Positions 49,112 through 59,268 of a DNA stretch of 64,000 bases are shown piece after piece. The DNA is from Candidatus Latescibacterota bacterium. Its GTDB lineage: Bacteria > Latescibacterota > UBA2968. Every line of letters starts with the position of its first letter. The stretch's first letter is position 1. Location: contig OZ242195.1 in the NCBI GenBank assembly GCA_965205975.1, forward strand, positions 672,001 through 736,000, written 5' to 3'. Below the pieces are notes generated by a model. That model did no database searches. It was not told the DNA's origin and saw only the letters and a program-made list of their open reading frames with translations. Position numbers and translations under genes: made by a program.

Positions 49112-50179
49112 ATGAGTGAACAACAACTTTTTCAGGAACGAGTGGTCAAGGTCGAGCGACCAGAGCACCACTTTGTCCTTTTGATTGCAACTGACGGCGC
49201 TATGCTTGGACTGGAGGACGGGGGTGATCTCGCATTGTACGATGAGGCGGATGACCGCGTGATATGGGACCGCACTGCGGATGGTGTGAGGCACGTGGCG
49301 TCCGGTGTGAAACTCGCTGTAGGGATCGATGACACGACCTGCGTGTTGTCGGTTGGCGAGGAGGAGATGACATTCACCGTCAGCCATGGTCCTGAGAAGC
49401 TGCCGTCTGAATATCTCGAGCATCTGCAGCGCGAAGGCTGGGTGTGTCTGACCTGTATTCTGTCACCTGAAGTTTTGGAAGACTTGGAGCGCGTCGCCGG
49501 TACAGATCGTTACGAATATTTGGAGGTGAACAACGAGATACCCAAGGTCTGTCAGAGTGTCGCTGTTGGCAGGGCGGTTACCGAGCCAATCTCCATCTGG
49601 CTGGCCAGGCAGTATATGCAGGCCCGGGATTTACACCTGGGGCATCCCCCGGGCTTTAGAGTGCTGGACCCGGACGATGGCAAAAGCAAACTTGGTGGTT
49701 GGCATTCTGATTTTCCTTATACGGCGTCAACCGGTGGGGACGAGATTGCCTACCGGAAAGAACCCGTCAAGGCCATGCAGCGCAATGTTTGTGTTTCTGA
49801 CTTCACTAAGATTCGCGGTGCGACAGCATTCAAACTGGGCTCGCATCTGTCAGACACACCGCCACCGCCTGAGTGGAACGATACGCAAGAGGGGCGTGTG
49901 CCCTATAGCGGTCCTGAAGCGGATGTGGTGGAAGCGCCCGGCGGTAGCGTCATTCTCTACGATGCCAGGATGTGGCATCGGGCGGGTATCAATCGCAGTC
50001 AGCAGAAGCGGGCCGCAATGCTGCAATCGTTCCAGGTGCCGGGTGTGATGCCCAAGACGGATACCCGAAACGCCTATAAGCTCCTCGTGGAGAGTCCCGT
50101 TTATGACGAACTGAATGCGAGGGAAAAGCGGGAAATAACAGACCTTTTAACCAATCAGCCAGCAATCGCTGGCTCATAA
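49112..50179 (+). CDS. PhyH-family Fe/2OG dioxygenase with beta-rich N-terminal extension
   Basis: GWHSDFPY (HxD), SDFT...GAT...GSH, APGGSVILYDARMWHRAGINRS. Confidence 0.85.
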   Translation: MSEQQLFQERVVKVERPEHHFVLLIATDGAMLGLEDGGDLALYDEADDRVIWDRTADGVRHVASGVKLAVGIDDTTCVLSVGEEEMTFTVSHGPEKLPSEYLEHLQREGWVCLTCILSPEVLEDLERVAGTDRYEYLEVNNEIPKVCQSVAVGRAVTEPISIWLARQYMQARDLHLGHPPGFRVLDPDDGKSKLGGWHSDFPYTASTGGDEIAYRKEPVKAMQRNVCVSDFTKIRGATAFKLGSHLSDTPPPPEWNDTQEGRVPYSGPEADVVEAPGGSVILYDARMWHRAGINRSQQKRAAMLQSFQVPGVMPKTDTRNAYKLLVESPVYDELNAREKREITDLLTNQPAIAGS

Positions 50180-50193
50180 TCTGAGGACACATT

Positions 50194-51027
50194 ATGCAAG
50201 TAGGAATTATGTCAGGTCAAATTGCTCGGCCGACCCTGGAAGAAACGCTCGACGCCATACTTGGACACGACATCAGGCATCTTCAATTCAATTTGGGATC
50301 CCTGAATGTGGAGGGTTCGCTATCTGATAAACTCGCAAAGGCACCCGTGGTTCGGGCGGAGATCGAAAAACGCGGTATGGTCATCGCCGCTCTGGCTGGC
50401 ACGGTCAATATGGTTCATCCCGATGAAGAAAAGCGTCAGGAAGCTATCGAGCATCTCAAATTGCTCATCCCGGCGTGTGCCCCGATGGGGACCTCGGTGA
50501 TTGCCACCTGTACCGGATCGCGCGATTCGGAGAGCATGTGGCACTGGCACCCGGATAACGAAACAGAAGAAGCTTGGCAGGTGCTACACAATACCCTGGA
50601 ACAGGTACTGCCGGTTGCCGAAGCGGCTGGTGTGATCCTTGCGTTTGAACCAGAGATAAATAACGTTGCCAGCACAGTGCATAAGAGTCGGCAACTGATT
50701 GATGAAATGGGTTCACCAAACCTGAAAGTCGTGATGGATGCTGCCAACATTTTTGGCAAAGATGACCTGTCTCGCATGAGAGAGGTATTAGACGAGGCTT
50801 TCGAGCTTTTGGGCGACCACATTGCCATGGCCCATGGCAAAGATCTGGATCGCGGTGGCGATGCCGGACATCTCGCCGCTGGTACCGGCAAGCTCGATTA
50901 CGCCCATTATGTGTCGTTACTCTGCGGGCTTCCCTTCGACGTGTCAGTCATTCTGCACGGTCTTTCCGAAGATCAGGTGGATGCCAGTGTTGCCATGCTC
51001 CGGCGTCACGCTGCAGCACACCAGTAA
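50194..51027 (+). CDS. Sugar phosphate isomerase/epimerase (xylose-isomerase-like TIM barrel)
   Basis: LAFEPE, VMDAAN, AHGKD, AGTGKLDY. Confidence 0.9.
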   Translation: MQVGIMSGQIARPTLEETLDAILGHDIRHLQFNLGSLNVEGSLSDKLAKAPVVRAEIEKRGMVIAALAGTVNMVHPDEEKRQEAIEHLKLLIPACAPMGTSVIATCTGSRDSESMWHWHPDNETEEAWQVLHNTLEQVLPVAEAAGVILAFEPEINNVASTVHKSRQLIDEMGSPNLKVVMDAANIFGKDDLSRMREVLDEAFELLGDHIAMAHGKDLDRGGDAGHLAAGTGKLDYAHYVSLLCGLPFDVSVILHGLSEDQVDASVAMLRRHAAAHQ

Positions 51028-51038
51028 GGATTGACGAT

Positions 51039-52241
51039 ATGAAAGCTAAAGTCGCCATTCTGGGTTGTGGAAGGGCGTCGCAAAAATGGCATTTGCCGAC
51101 AATGCACACGCTCGCCAAACACGGCGAACTCGATTTTGTCGCGCTCTGCGATATGGATAAGTCGTTAGCGAAACAGACTGGAGAAATCTATGGTGTTCCG
51201 TGGTACACCAGTGTCGAGCAGATGCTGGAAAAACACCCGGACATCATGGCCGTAGATGTCATCACCGGCGATCCCCTCCATCACGTACTTGGCAGGCTGA
51301 TCGCAGAACACGGCAAACACGTCATGGTGGAAAAGCCGATGGCGCTGACCTTGCCCTGTTGTGACATTATCATCGATACTTGTCGTCGTAATGGTGTGCA
51401 TTTCGAAGTGGCAGAAAATTATTTTCGCATGCCGAAGCAGCGGATGATCATCAAGCTCATTGAAGAGGGGATTCTGGGTGATATCGTTCGCGTGTATTTC
51501 GTTGAGCCAAAGCGGCAGGATCCGTTTGAGCCGACCGTTACGCCCAGCGGTTTGGACCGACCCATCTCTGGGTTTGGGCGCACTTCTGGCATGTGCATGG
51601 ATATGGGGGCACACCGATTGTCACAGTTGCGGTTGTACGCCCAAAGTGAGCCTCAGCAGATTACCGCGACGGCGAGAAAGTATCGGTCAGATCCCAAGAG
51701 TATCCATGAAGACTGGGCGCATGCTATGATCGATTTTGAAAGCGGCGCAGTGGGTATTTATGAGACGTCGCGCCTGGGTGAGGCACAGAAATACTGCCAG
51801 ATTATCGGTACCCTTGGCGGTATTCTCGATACCGACTATTTCGGTCCGGAAATTCCCCTGCGTTTACGCATCGGCGAGGAGATGCAGGATATTCCTGTTG
51901 AGACAGTACGTCGCAAAATCGACGGGGTGGATGTATTGCAGCGGATCGTCGTGCATACGGATCCCGAGGTCGTCTATGAGAATCCGTTTCGGGACTACGC
52001 CATCGACGACTGGTGTGTCGGTCACGCTTCCGAGATTATGAGCATCGCGAATGCAGCGCTCAACGACGAGCCTCCCGAATACGGTCTCGGCGGTCGCAAG
52101 GATGTTGAGATGGCCATGGCGATTTACGAATCTTCTCTGAATAATATGGCTCCGGTGAAACTGCCGATTGAGGGTATCACCACGTACGAACAGATGGTAC
52201 ACGAGGATTATCGCGAAAAGTTTGGCCGTCTTATTTTATGA
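51039..52241 (+). CDS. Gfo/Idh/MocA family oxidoreductase
   Basis: VAILGCG, GKHVMVEKPMA, AENY, DMGAH. Confidence 0.92.
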   Translation: MKAKVAILGCGRASQKWHLPTMHTLAKHGELDFVALCDMDKSLAKQTGEIYGVPWYTSVEQMLEKHPDIMAVDVITGDPLHHVLGRLIAEHGKHVMVEKPMALTLPCCDIIIDTCRRNGVHFEVAENYFRMPKQRMIIKLIEEGILGDIVRVYFVEPKRQDPFEPTVTPSGLDRPISGFGRTSGMCMDMGAHRLSQLRLYAQSEPQQITATARKYRSDPKSIHEDWAHAMIDFESGAVGIYETSRLGEAQKYCQIIGTLGGILDTDYFGPEIPLRLRIGEEMQDIPVETVRRKIDGVDVLQRIVVHTDPEVVYENPFRDYAIDDWCVGHASEIMSIANAALNDEPPEYGLGGRKDVEMAMAIYESSLNNMAPVKLPIEGITTYEQMVHEDYREKFGRLIL

Positions 52242-52275
52242 GACAATTTTTAGAAACCACGACAGGAAAACAACC

Positions 52276-54000
52276 ATGCAGAAAGACAACGGTCAGGAAA
52301 TGGACGCGCTTTGGGGCGAAGATGTCATTGCACTGCGCGCTGAAAATGCAGAACGGGGTCAGCTCTTTAATGATGGCAATTACGCCATGTTTATCCACTG
52401 GGGGCCCTATGCTCAACTTGCCAACAAAGTCGATGGCAAAACGTACTACGGCATTGGCGAATGGATCATGAACCCGCGCATGGCCAATATTCCGGTTGAG
52501 GAATATATGGAAATGGCGAAAACCTTTAACCCCGTCAATTTTGATGCAACAGAAATAGCACAACTGGCCAAAGGCGCGGGCATGAAATACATCATTATCA
52601 CCAGCAAGCACCACGATGGGTTTGCCATGTATCGCTCAGCCTGCAACGACTTTAACATTGGTGCGGTTACCCAATTTAACCGCGACCCCATGAAAGAACT
52701 CGCCGGGGCATGCGAAAAACTCGGTCTCGGATTTGGATTTTACTACTCTCACAATCAGGACTGGACTTTTCCAGGTGGTGCAAACGGTCCAGACACAGAT
52801 GCCGATGGCAATCCGGCCACCTTCGACGATTATTTTGTCAAAAAATGCCTGCCACAGGTCGAAGAGATCACCAGCGAGTACGGCCCCATCGAACTCATCT
52901 GGTTTGACACACCCGGACAAATGCCCAAAAAGTACATTGAGCAACTCATCGAAGTCGTGCGCAAAAATCAACCCAATGCGCTCGTTTCAGGCCGCGCCGG
53001 GCACGGGCTGGGCGACTACAAGACGCTGGGTGATATGGATGTGCCATCCACCAACGTTGAAGGTATGTGGGAAAGTGTCGATACCACCAACGACTCCTGG
53101 GCTTTTGCCTGGTACGATGAATACTGGAAAACACCCAGAGAAATTCTTCGCCGCCTGATCTCCTGTGTTGCCAGAGGCGGCACTTACATGCTCAACATCG
53201 GTCCCTGCGGTGACGGTTCAATACCCGAAAGAGCTGCCCGCACTTTACGTGCTGCTGGCGAGTGGATCAAGCGCTATCCCCAGGTCGTCTATGGTACCGA
53301 TGCATCACCCTGGCAACATGCCCTGCCCTGGGGAGATGTGACGGTAAAAGACAATACGCTCTTTCTCAGCATTTTCAACTGGCCTGCCTCTGGTACACTT
53401 TATCTGCCAGGCCTCAAAACAGAAATCGAATCTGCATCCCTCCTCGATGGCGATCAATCTATACCTTTTGAGAAAAAACACGGCTGGACCTGCTTTGAGT
53501 TATCGCCGCAGGCACCCGAAAACCTGGTTTCAGTCCTTGAAGTCAAACTCAAAGGCACGCCAAAAGCCGATTCGACCTGGGCAATTGATCCCGAAATAGA
53601 GACCGAAATTTTTTCAGAAGCTGCGGCCGTTGAAAATGCCACATTGGCAAATCAACGCTGGATGGAAAAATTTGGAGAATGGAAACACGTCAGCCGTGTC
53701 CATAAATGGACGCCTGAAGGCAAAGCGACCTGGACGGTCAACGTTCTTGCGTCTGGAGACTACATCGTAGATCTCACCTATTCGGGTGAAGGACGTCTCG
53801 TCTGGGGGGTTAGTATTGAAAATGGTGAACACATTCAAAATCAGCAAAATTCGTCGCATAACTACCAGCGTTTTCCCATTGGCTGGATTAACTTTTCCGG
53901 GCCGGGTACTTACAAAATCAGCGTTTCCTGTCTCGAAGGCGATTTGAGCAAAGCCAGTCTGAAATCGATTCACTTCACGCCTGTTCGCGATATTTGCTAA
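52276..54000 (+). CDS. Alpha-L-fucosidase (GH29) with C-terminal beta-sandwich
   Basis: MFIHWG, AGMKY, TSKHHDGFAM, FYYS, IWFD (nucleophile), GGTYMLNIGP. Confidence 0.95.
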   Translation: MQKDNGQEMDALWGEDVIALRAENAERGQLFNDGNYAMFIHWGPYAQLANKVDGKTYYGIGEWIMNPRMANIPVEEYMEMAKTFNPVNFDATEIAQLAKGAGMKYIIITSKHHDGFAMYRSACNDFNIGAVTQFNRDPMKELAGACEKLGLGFGFYYSHNQDWTFPGGANGPDTDADGNPATFDDYFVKKCLPQVEEITSEYGPIELIWFDTPGQMPKKYIEQLIEVVRKNQPNALVSGRAGHGLGDYKTLGDMDVPSTNVEGMWESVDTTNDSWAFAWYDEYWKTPREILRRLISCVARGGTYMLNIGPCGDGSIPERAARTLRAAGEWIKRYPQVVYGTDASPWQHALPWGDVTVKDNTLFLSIFNWPASGTLYLPGLKTEIESASLLDGDQSIPFEKKHGWTCFELSPQAPENLVSVLEVKLKGTPKADSTWAIDPEIETEIFSEAAAVENATLANQRWMEKFGEWKHVSRVHKWTPEGKATWTVNVLASGDYIVDLTYSGEGRLVWGVSIENGEHIQNQQNSSHNYQRFPIGWINFSGPGTYKISVSCLEGDLSKASLKSIHFTPVRDIC

Positions 54001-54027
54001 ATCAATCAGCCGAGGAGTCAGTGAAAA

Positions 54028-55254
54028 ATGAGTGATATTGCGTTCAGGCGAGCGATGGTGGGGGATGTGGAGGCGGTCCTTCGCGTAATGGCGCAGGCGT
54101 TTGGGCGGGCGCCGGGGTCGGAGAAGTATGCGCGCGACAAGGAGAGAATTGCGCGGGGGACGGACGCGCATTGGGTGCTTGTGCGAGAGGGGGAGATTGT
54201 CGGGGCGGCGCATGTTCGGCGGGAAGAGATTCAGGTGGGGCAGGCGGTCGTGGCCAAGGCGGATGTGGGGGAGGTGTGTATCGCGCCGAGTTGTCAGGGG
54301 GAGGGGCTTGGGACGATGTTGATGAAGATGGTGGTGGCGCAGTTGAAGGCGGACGGATATTCCCTGTCGCGGTTGGGTGGGTATCGGCGGTTCTACGAGC
54401 GGTTCGGGTGGGTGCCGTTTCCGCGGGGCTATATCGACTTCGCGCTGCGGGGATTGACGTCGCGGGGCGGGTTTACCGATCCGGTGAGCTACCTGGATCG
54501 GCCAGAGGAGGATGCGCGGATCCGGGCGTACGACGGACGTCGGGATGCGGCGGCGTGTGAGGCGCTTTACGCGGCGTTTAATGCGGGGCGGACAGGGGCT
54601 GAGCCAGCGCGGTCGTTCGGAGCGGGCGCCGGGAATCCGTGGCGGGTGGTATATGAGGTGGACGGAGCGGTCCGGGCTTACGTTTTCGCGTCACAGAACG
54701 CGCCGCCTTATACGCGGTTTTCGTCGGCGGTGTCGATCTCCGACGGGGCGTGCGATCCGGGTGATACGCGACCGCTTGGCGCAACGCTGCGATACGTTCT
54801 GCGTCAGGCGGCGATCGCGGGGGTGGAATCGGTCAGGGCGCGGCTGCCGCTGGACCCGTCGCTCTACGATCTGTATCGGGATTCGAGCTGCGGGTTCGTG
54901 CCGTCGCTCTGGCAGTCGTCGGAAGGCGGGAATATGCTGCAGGTGCTGAGTCTGAGGGGACTGCTTGAGGCGATTGCGCCGGAACTGACGGCGCGGCTGC
55001 GGACGGCGGAACAGGGGACGGGCGAGGTCGGTCTTCGCGTGCGGGGGGAGACGGTTGGATTGGTGTGGGATGGGGCGCGGTTGACGGTGAGAGAAGGGAA
55101 AGGGGATTGGGTGGAACTCGGGCAGGATGGGGTGATGAAGATGGTGCTGGGGTTGGTGCCGGTGGAGCAGGTCGTGGTAGGAGAGAGGGAGGATGTAGCT
55201 ATGCTGAGGGCGGCGTTTCCGGTACAGGGGACGGCGACGGGGGTTTGGGGGTGA
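54028..55254 (+). CDS. Eis-like GNAT N-acetyltransferase
   Basis: VGEVCIAPSCQGEGLG, FYERFGW, C-terminal SCP2-like region; 408 aa. Confidence 0.85.
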   Translation: MSDIAFRRAMVGDVEAVLRVMAQAFGRAPGSEKYARDKERIARGTDAHWVLVREGEIVGAAHVRREEIQVGQAVVAKADVGEVCIAPSCQGEGLGTMLMKMVVAQLKADGYSLSRLGGYRRFYERFGWVPFPRGYIDFALRGLTSRGGFTDPVSYLDRPEEDARIRAYDGRRDAAACEALYAAFNAGRTGAEPARSFGAGAGNPWRVVYEVDGAVRAYVFASQNAPPYTRFSSAVSISDGACDPGDTRPLGATLRYVLRQAAIAGVESVRARLPLDPSLYDLYRDSSCGFVPSLWQSSEGGNMLQVLSLRGLLEAIAPELTARLRTAEQGTGEVGLRVRGETVGLVWDGARLTVREGKGDWVELGQDGVMKMVLGLVPVEQVVVGEREDVAMLRAAFPVQGTATGVWG

Positions 55255-55297
55255 TGGGCTACGCGAGATGAATAAAATATGGAGGCAAAAGATCAGT

Positions 55298-56170
55298 ATG
55301 TCATCAAATATCCACTTTGCTATGGGCGGCGCCATTTTCGGAGCCTTCACGATTGAATCCGCGGAGTTGATTGCCAGGCACGGTCTGCCGGGCGTCGAAC
55401 CTTACCGCAGTGGCCTGATCGCCTGGCTCGACGACCCGCAAGCTCTGAAGGCCATCCTCGACGAACACGGTATTCGGCTCATTACCGCTTCGAACGGCGG
55501 GCCTGGTCAGTCGGTGGAATTTATCGATCGGTCAAAGCGTGGTGAAACAATCGCCGACCACGTCGCTTTCTGCCGCGATTTCCTGAAGGTCTTCGGTTGC
55601 ACGCACTTCAAGATCAACATGGGGAGCCGCCCACAGAACGGAACAACGGTAGATGACATCAAAGCGATCTCAGAGACTGTGTCAGAACTCGGCAAGCGAA
55701 CGCTTGAGATGGGTGTGACGATTGCGCCACACCCGCATATCTGGGGGCCGATTGAGCGGCCGGAGGAAGTTCGCGCCCTTCTCGATCAGACCGACCCTGA
55801 TATCGTGTCCTGGATTCCCGACACCGCACAGCTCAACCTCGGAGGAGGCGATCCCGTTCAGCTCATCGACGATTATTACGACCGCCTGGCCGCCGTCCAC
55901 TGGAAGGATTCGGAGGCGTCGTATCGCGGTTATACTGGCCCGACACCGACGAAGGAGATGCACGCGGAGGAAATTCTGTACAAAGATCTGGGGTCCGGCG
56001 GCGTCGATCACCCTGCGATTTGGGCCATGCTAAATGCGCGAGGCTACGACGGATGGATTACGCTCGATCTCGATCCCCCGCGTCCAAATGAAGGCGAAGG
56101 TTCAGTTGACGACAAAATGGGGATCAACTGCAGGTATCTGATGGAAACATTGAAAGTTTCCCGCTTTTAG
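55298..56170 (+). CDS. Sugar phosphate isomerase/epimerase (IolE-like)
   Basis: PHPHIW, PDTAQL, GGDP, VHWKD, DLGSGGVD, YDGWIT. Confidence 0.85.
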   Translation: MSSNIHFAMGGAIFGAFTIESAELIARHGLPGVEPYRSGLIAWLDDPQALKAILDEHGIRLITASNGGPGQSVEFIDRSKRGETIADHVAFCRDFLKVFGCTHFKINMGSRPQNGTTVDDIKAISETVSELGKRTLEMGVTIAPHPHIWGPIERPEEVRALLDQTDPDIVSWIPDTAQLNLGGGDPVQLIDDYYDRLAAVHWKDSEASYRGYTGPTPTKEMHAEEILYKDLGSGGVDHPAIWAMLNARGYDGWITLDLDPPRPNEGEGSVDDKMGINCRYLMETLKVSRF

Positions 56171-56357
56171 TGTGCCAATCCCGGTATTTGGCTTGTTTTG
56201 TTATCCCTTTTATCTTTACGTTTAGATATCTTAATGGTCAGGCTGTTGCAAGACAATGGTCATATAGCAAGTTGCAGACACAGATTGGCGCAAGCAGGAT
56301 CGCAACCCGCCCCACGCACGGCAAAATCTGCTGACAACAAAAAAGGAGGCTTGCATC

Positions 56358-57932
56358 ATGCGCTTTTTCAACACCGCTGGCCCTATCAAGCCCGAAATGC
56401 ACTATTGCATTCCGCCGCTGGAACGTCTTAACATGGACGAGGTGCATGCCCTGATCCGGGATGCGAAATATTTCGTCCTGCACGCGCCCCGGCAGACGGG
56501 CAAGACTTCTGCCCTGCTGACACTGTGCGACTTGCTCAACGCGGAGGGCACCTACCGTTGCGTGTACGTCAATGTGGAAGGCGGGCAAGCCGCACGAGAA
56601 GATGTGGAACAGGTAACGCGCACCTTTCTGGGTGAATTGGCATCTCGGGCGCGTTCAGTAGGTGACGAATTTTTGGACGAGATCTGGTTCGACATCCTGG
56701 CGAAATACGGGCCTCACGTTGCCTTGCGCGAGGCGTTGACGCGCTGGGCACAGGCTGCCCCGAAGCCATTGGTGTTGCTCATTGACGAGATCGATTCTCT
56801 AATCGGCGATTCTCTGCTGTCCGTGCTACGACAGTTGCGGGCAGGCTACGACCTGCGTCCAGAGGGTTTTCCACAAAGCGTAATATTATGCGGCGTGCGC
56901 GATGTGCGCGACTACCGCATCCAATCCACTGCAGAGAACGCGATCATCGCCGGTGGCAGTGCGTTCAACATTCGCGCCGAGTCCCTGCGCCTGGGGGACT
57001 TCTCACAGGATGAAGTATTCGCTCTCATCTCACAGCATACGGCAGAAACAGGGCAGGCATTCACAGCCGAGGCACTGGAGACGATCTGGACACAGACCCA
57101 GGGGCAACCGTGGCTGGTGAACGCACTGGCTTATGAAGCCTGCTTTAAGAACAAGACCGGGCAGGATCGCAGCCAGCCCATCACAGCCGAGGCGATATAC
57201 GACGCCCGCGAGCAACTCATCCTGCGCCGGGAGATACACCTCGACCAGTTAGCTGACAAGCTCAAGGAAAACCGCGTGCGGCGTGTCGTTGAGCCGCTAC
57301 TGAGTGGGGGTGAGGAACGCCGCTTTATTGACCGCGACATAGAGTATGTGCGCGATCTCGGCCTGGTGGCTCAGGAGCGTCCCATGCGTATCGCCAATCC
57401 CATCTACGCCGAGGTCGTTCCCCGCGAACTGACGTGGGTGATCCAGGAGGAGTTTGAGCAGGAAACCGCATGGTATGTCACTGATGATGGCAACCTGGAC
57501 GTGGTTGCACTGATGACCGCGTTTCAGACCTTTTTCCGCGAACATTCGGAACACTGGGTTGAAAGGTTTCAGTACAGGGAAGCCGGTCCACAGTTGCTGT
57601 TGCAGGCATTTCTCCAGCGCATTGTGAACAGCGGTGGACGCATTGAACGGGAGTATGGTTTGGGACGTGGACGCACTGATCTGCTCATCTTATGGCCGCA
57701 GGATGATCAGACGCGCAAAATCGTTATTGAGTGTAAATTGCTCCACAAGAGTCTGGAACAGACCATTGCCGAGGGGCTGGAACAGACCGCGGAGTACATG
57801 GATCGGTGCGCTGCAGAGGCTGGCCATCTGGTGATTTTTGACCGTCGCGCAGGCAGGCGTTGGGAGGATAAGGTGTTCCACCGTCGCCATACGTCTGAAG
57901 GTGGTGTTGAGATAGACGTATGGGGCATGTGA
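56358..57932 (+). CDS. AAA ATPase with C-terminal PD-(D/E)XK nuclease-like domain
   Basis: MRFFNTAGP, Walker A APRQTGKTS, Walker B LLIDEID, TQGQPWLVN; C-term REYGLGRGRTDL...IVIECK. Confidence 0.9.
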   Translation: MRFFNTAGPIKPEMHYCIPPLERLNMDEVHALIRDAKYFVLHAPRQTGKTSALLTLCDLLNAEGTYRCVYVNVEGGQAAREDVEQVTRTFLGELASRARSVGDEFLDEIWFDILAKYGPHVALREALTRWAQAAPKPLVLLIDEIDSLIGDSLLSVLRQLRAGYDLRPEGFPQSVILCGVRDVRDYRIQSTAENAIIAGGSAFNIRAESLRLGDFSQDEVFALISQHTAETGQAFTAEALETIWTQTQGQPWLVNALAYEACFKNKTGQDRSQPITAEAIYDAREQLILRREIHLDQLADKLKENRVRRVVEPLLSGGEERRFIDRDIEYVRDLGLVAQERPMRIANPIYAEVVPRELTWVIQEEFEQETAWYVTDDGNLDVVALMTAFQTFFREHSEHWVERFQYREAGPQLLLQAFLQRIVNSGGRIEREYGLGRGRTDLLILWPQDDQTRKIVIECKLLHKSLEQTIAEGLEQTAEYMDRCAAEAGHLVIFDRRAGRRWEDKVFHRRHTSEGGVEIDVWGM

Positions 57933-58023
57933 TCCGTTGCGTCTTGCTCATCTGTTGATGGCTGCAAGAAGGTTTAAATATTATCTCAATGCTCTATTGG
58001 CGATGCCACAATAGGAGATCATC

Positions 58024-59268
58024 ATGCTCAAGAAACTGACTGTCCGAAACTTCAAATCTCTCAACGACGTCACGGTAGAGTTGCCCCGTTTTGCGGTTCT
58101 TTTTGGACCCAATGCCGTGGGTAAGAGCAATCTGCTTGATGCCATCCAAGCTCTTTCATTGATGGGTAACGCACCCACATTATCCGAAGCACTTGGACAA
58201 TCGTCCCCGATACGTGGCTACCCCTTTGAAGCGCTCTCATACGCTCCTGATGGGTTGCCTGGACTGTTCCGCAAAGGGTCCGCACAGTTTACGTTAGAGG
58301 CCGATCTGACTACTGACAGAGAGAACTATCGGTATCGTATTGAGCCACGAATTGATCTCAGATCGGGCCAACTCAGCATTACTGACGAATATCTGGCTCA
58401 ACTTGATGTCTCCGGAAAACCGAAGGGAACCGCAGCTATTGAGCGCTTGGGATCGCTTCTCCACATCCGCCCCCAAGCTGAAACGGATTATATACGGCAG
58501 GAGCAGGTTGGTTTGAACCACTCTATTTTGTCAGACCGAAGTCTGGGACCCAAGGCATACCCCTGGTTGGAGCAAGTGCGCAATGAGTTGCTGAACTGGC
58601 GTACCTACTATTTCGAGCCATGGATGAAAATGCGGGAGGAGCAATCTCCTTCCGACGTGTTCGACATTGGTGTTCACGGGGAGTACATTGCATCATTTTT
58701 GTATAAGCTTCGGGCCGAGTATCCCAAACACTTTGATGCTGTATTTCGAACATTGCGTTCAATCGTACCAAGTATTGAGACGCTGAATGTCGAATTGACC
58801 GAACGACGTGGTACGTTAGAGCTGTGGATCCAACAGGCAGGCATAGAGTACTCCTCTCGAGTCTTATCTGAAGGAACATTGAGAGTCCTCGGACTTTGCG
58901 CCATGGCTGTTAATCCTTGGGGCGGGTCGCTCGTAGCACTGGAGGAACCAGAAAACGGCGTTCATCCGCGCCGGATCGATCTGATTGCTCAGCTTCTGTT
59001 CTCTATAACTGAACAATACCAGCGTCAGGTTGTCGTCACGACACACTCACCGCTATTTGTTGATGCAATCCTGAAGGTGAAGCGCGAAGCAGAATCGAGC
59101 GATATTGGCCTCTTCAGTGTTCGTCTTACAACACAGGGGACAGTCGTCAAGCCTTTTGACGTTACAGGTCCGATGTTTAGGGATCAAGAAATCGCGGAGG
59201 CACTTGCGAACCGGACAGAAGACAGCATGTTTGAAAGTCTGATATTGCGGGGGCTTATTGATGAGTAA
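58024..59268 (+). CDS. ABC-type ATPase (AAA_21/AbiEii/OLD-like)
   Basis: VRNFKSL, GPNAVGKSN, LSEGTLR signature, LEEPENGVHP, TTHSP. Confidence 0.92.
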   Translation: MLKKLTVRNFKSLNDVTVELPRFAVLFGPNAVGKSNLLDAIQALSLMGNAPTLSEALGQSSPIRGYPFEALSYAPDGLPGLFRKGSAQFTLEADLTTDRENYRYRIEPRIDLRSGQLSITDEYLAQLDVSGKPKGTAAIERLGSLLHIRPQAETDYIRQEQVGLNHSILSDRSLGPKAYPWLEQVRNELLNWRTYYFEPWMKMREEQSPSDVFDIGVHGEYIASFLYKLRAEYPKHFDAVFRTLRSIVPSIETLNVELTERRGTLELWIQQAGIEYSSRVLSEGTLRVLGLCAMAVNPWGGSLVALEEPENGVHPRRIDLIAQLLFSITEQYQRQVVVTTHSPLFVDAILKVKREAESSDIGLFSVRLTTQGTVVKPFDVTGPMFRDQEIAEALANRTEDSMFESLILRGLIDE

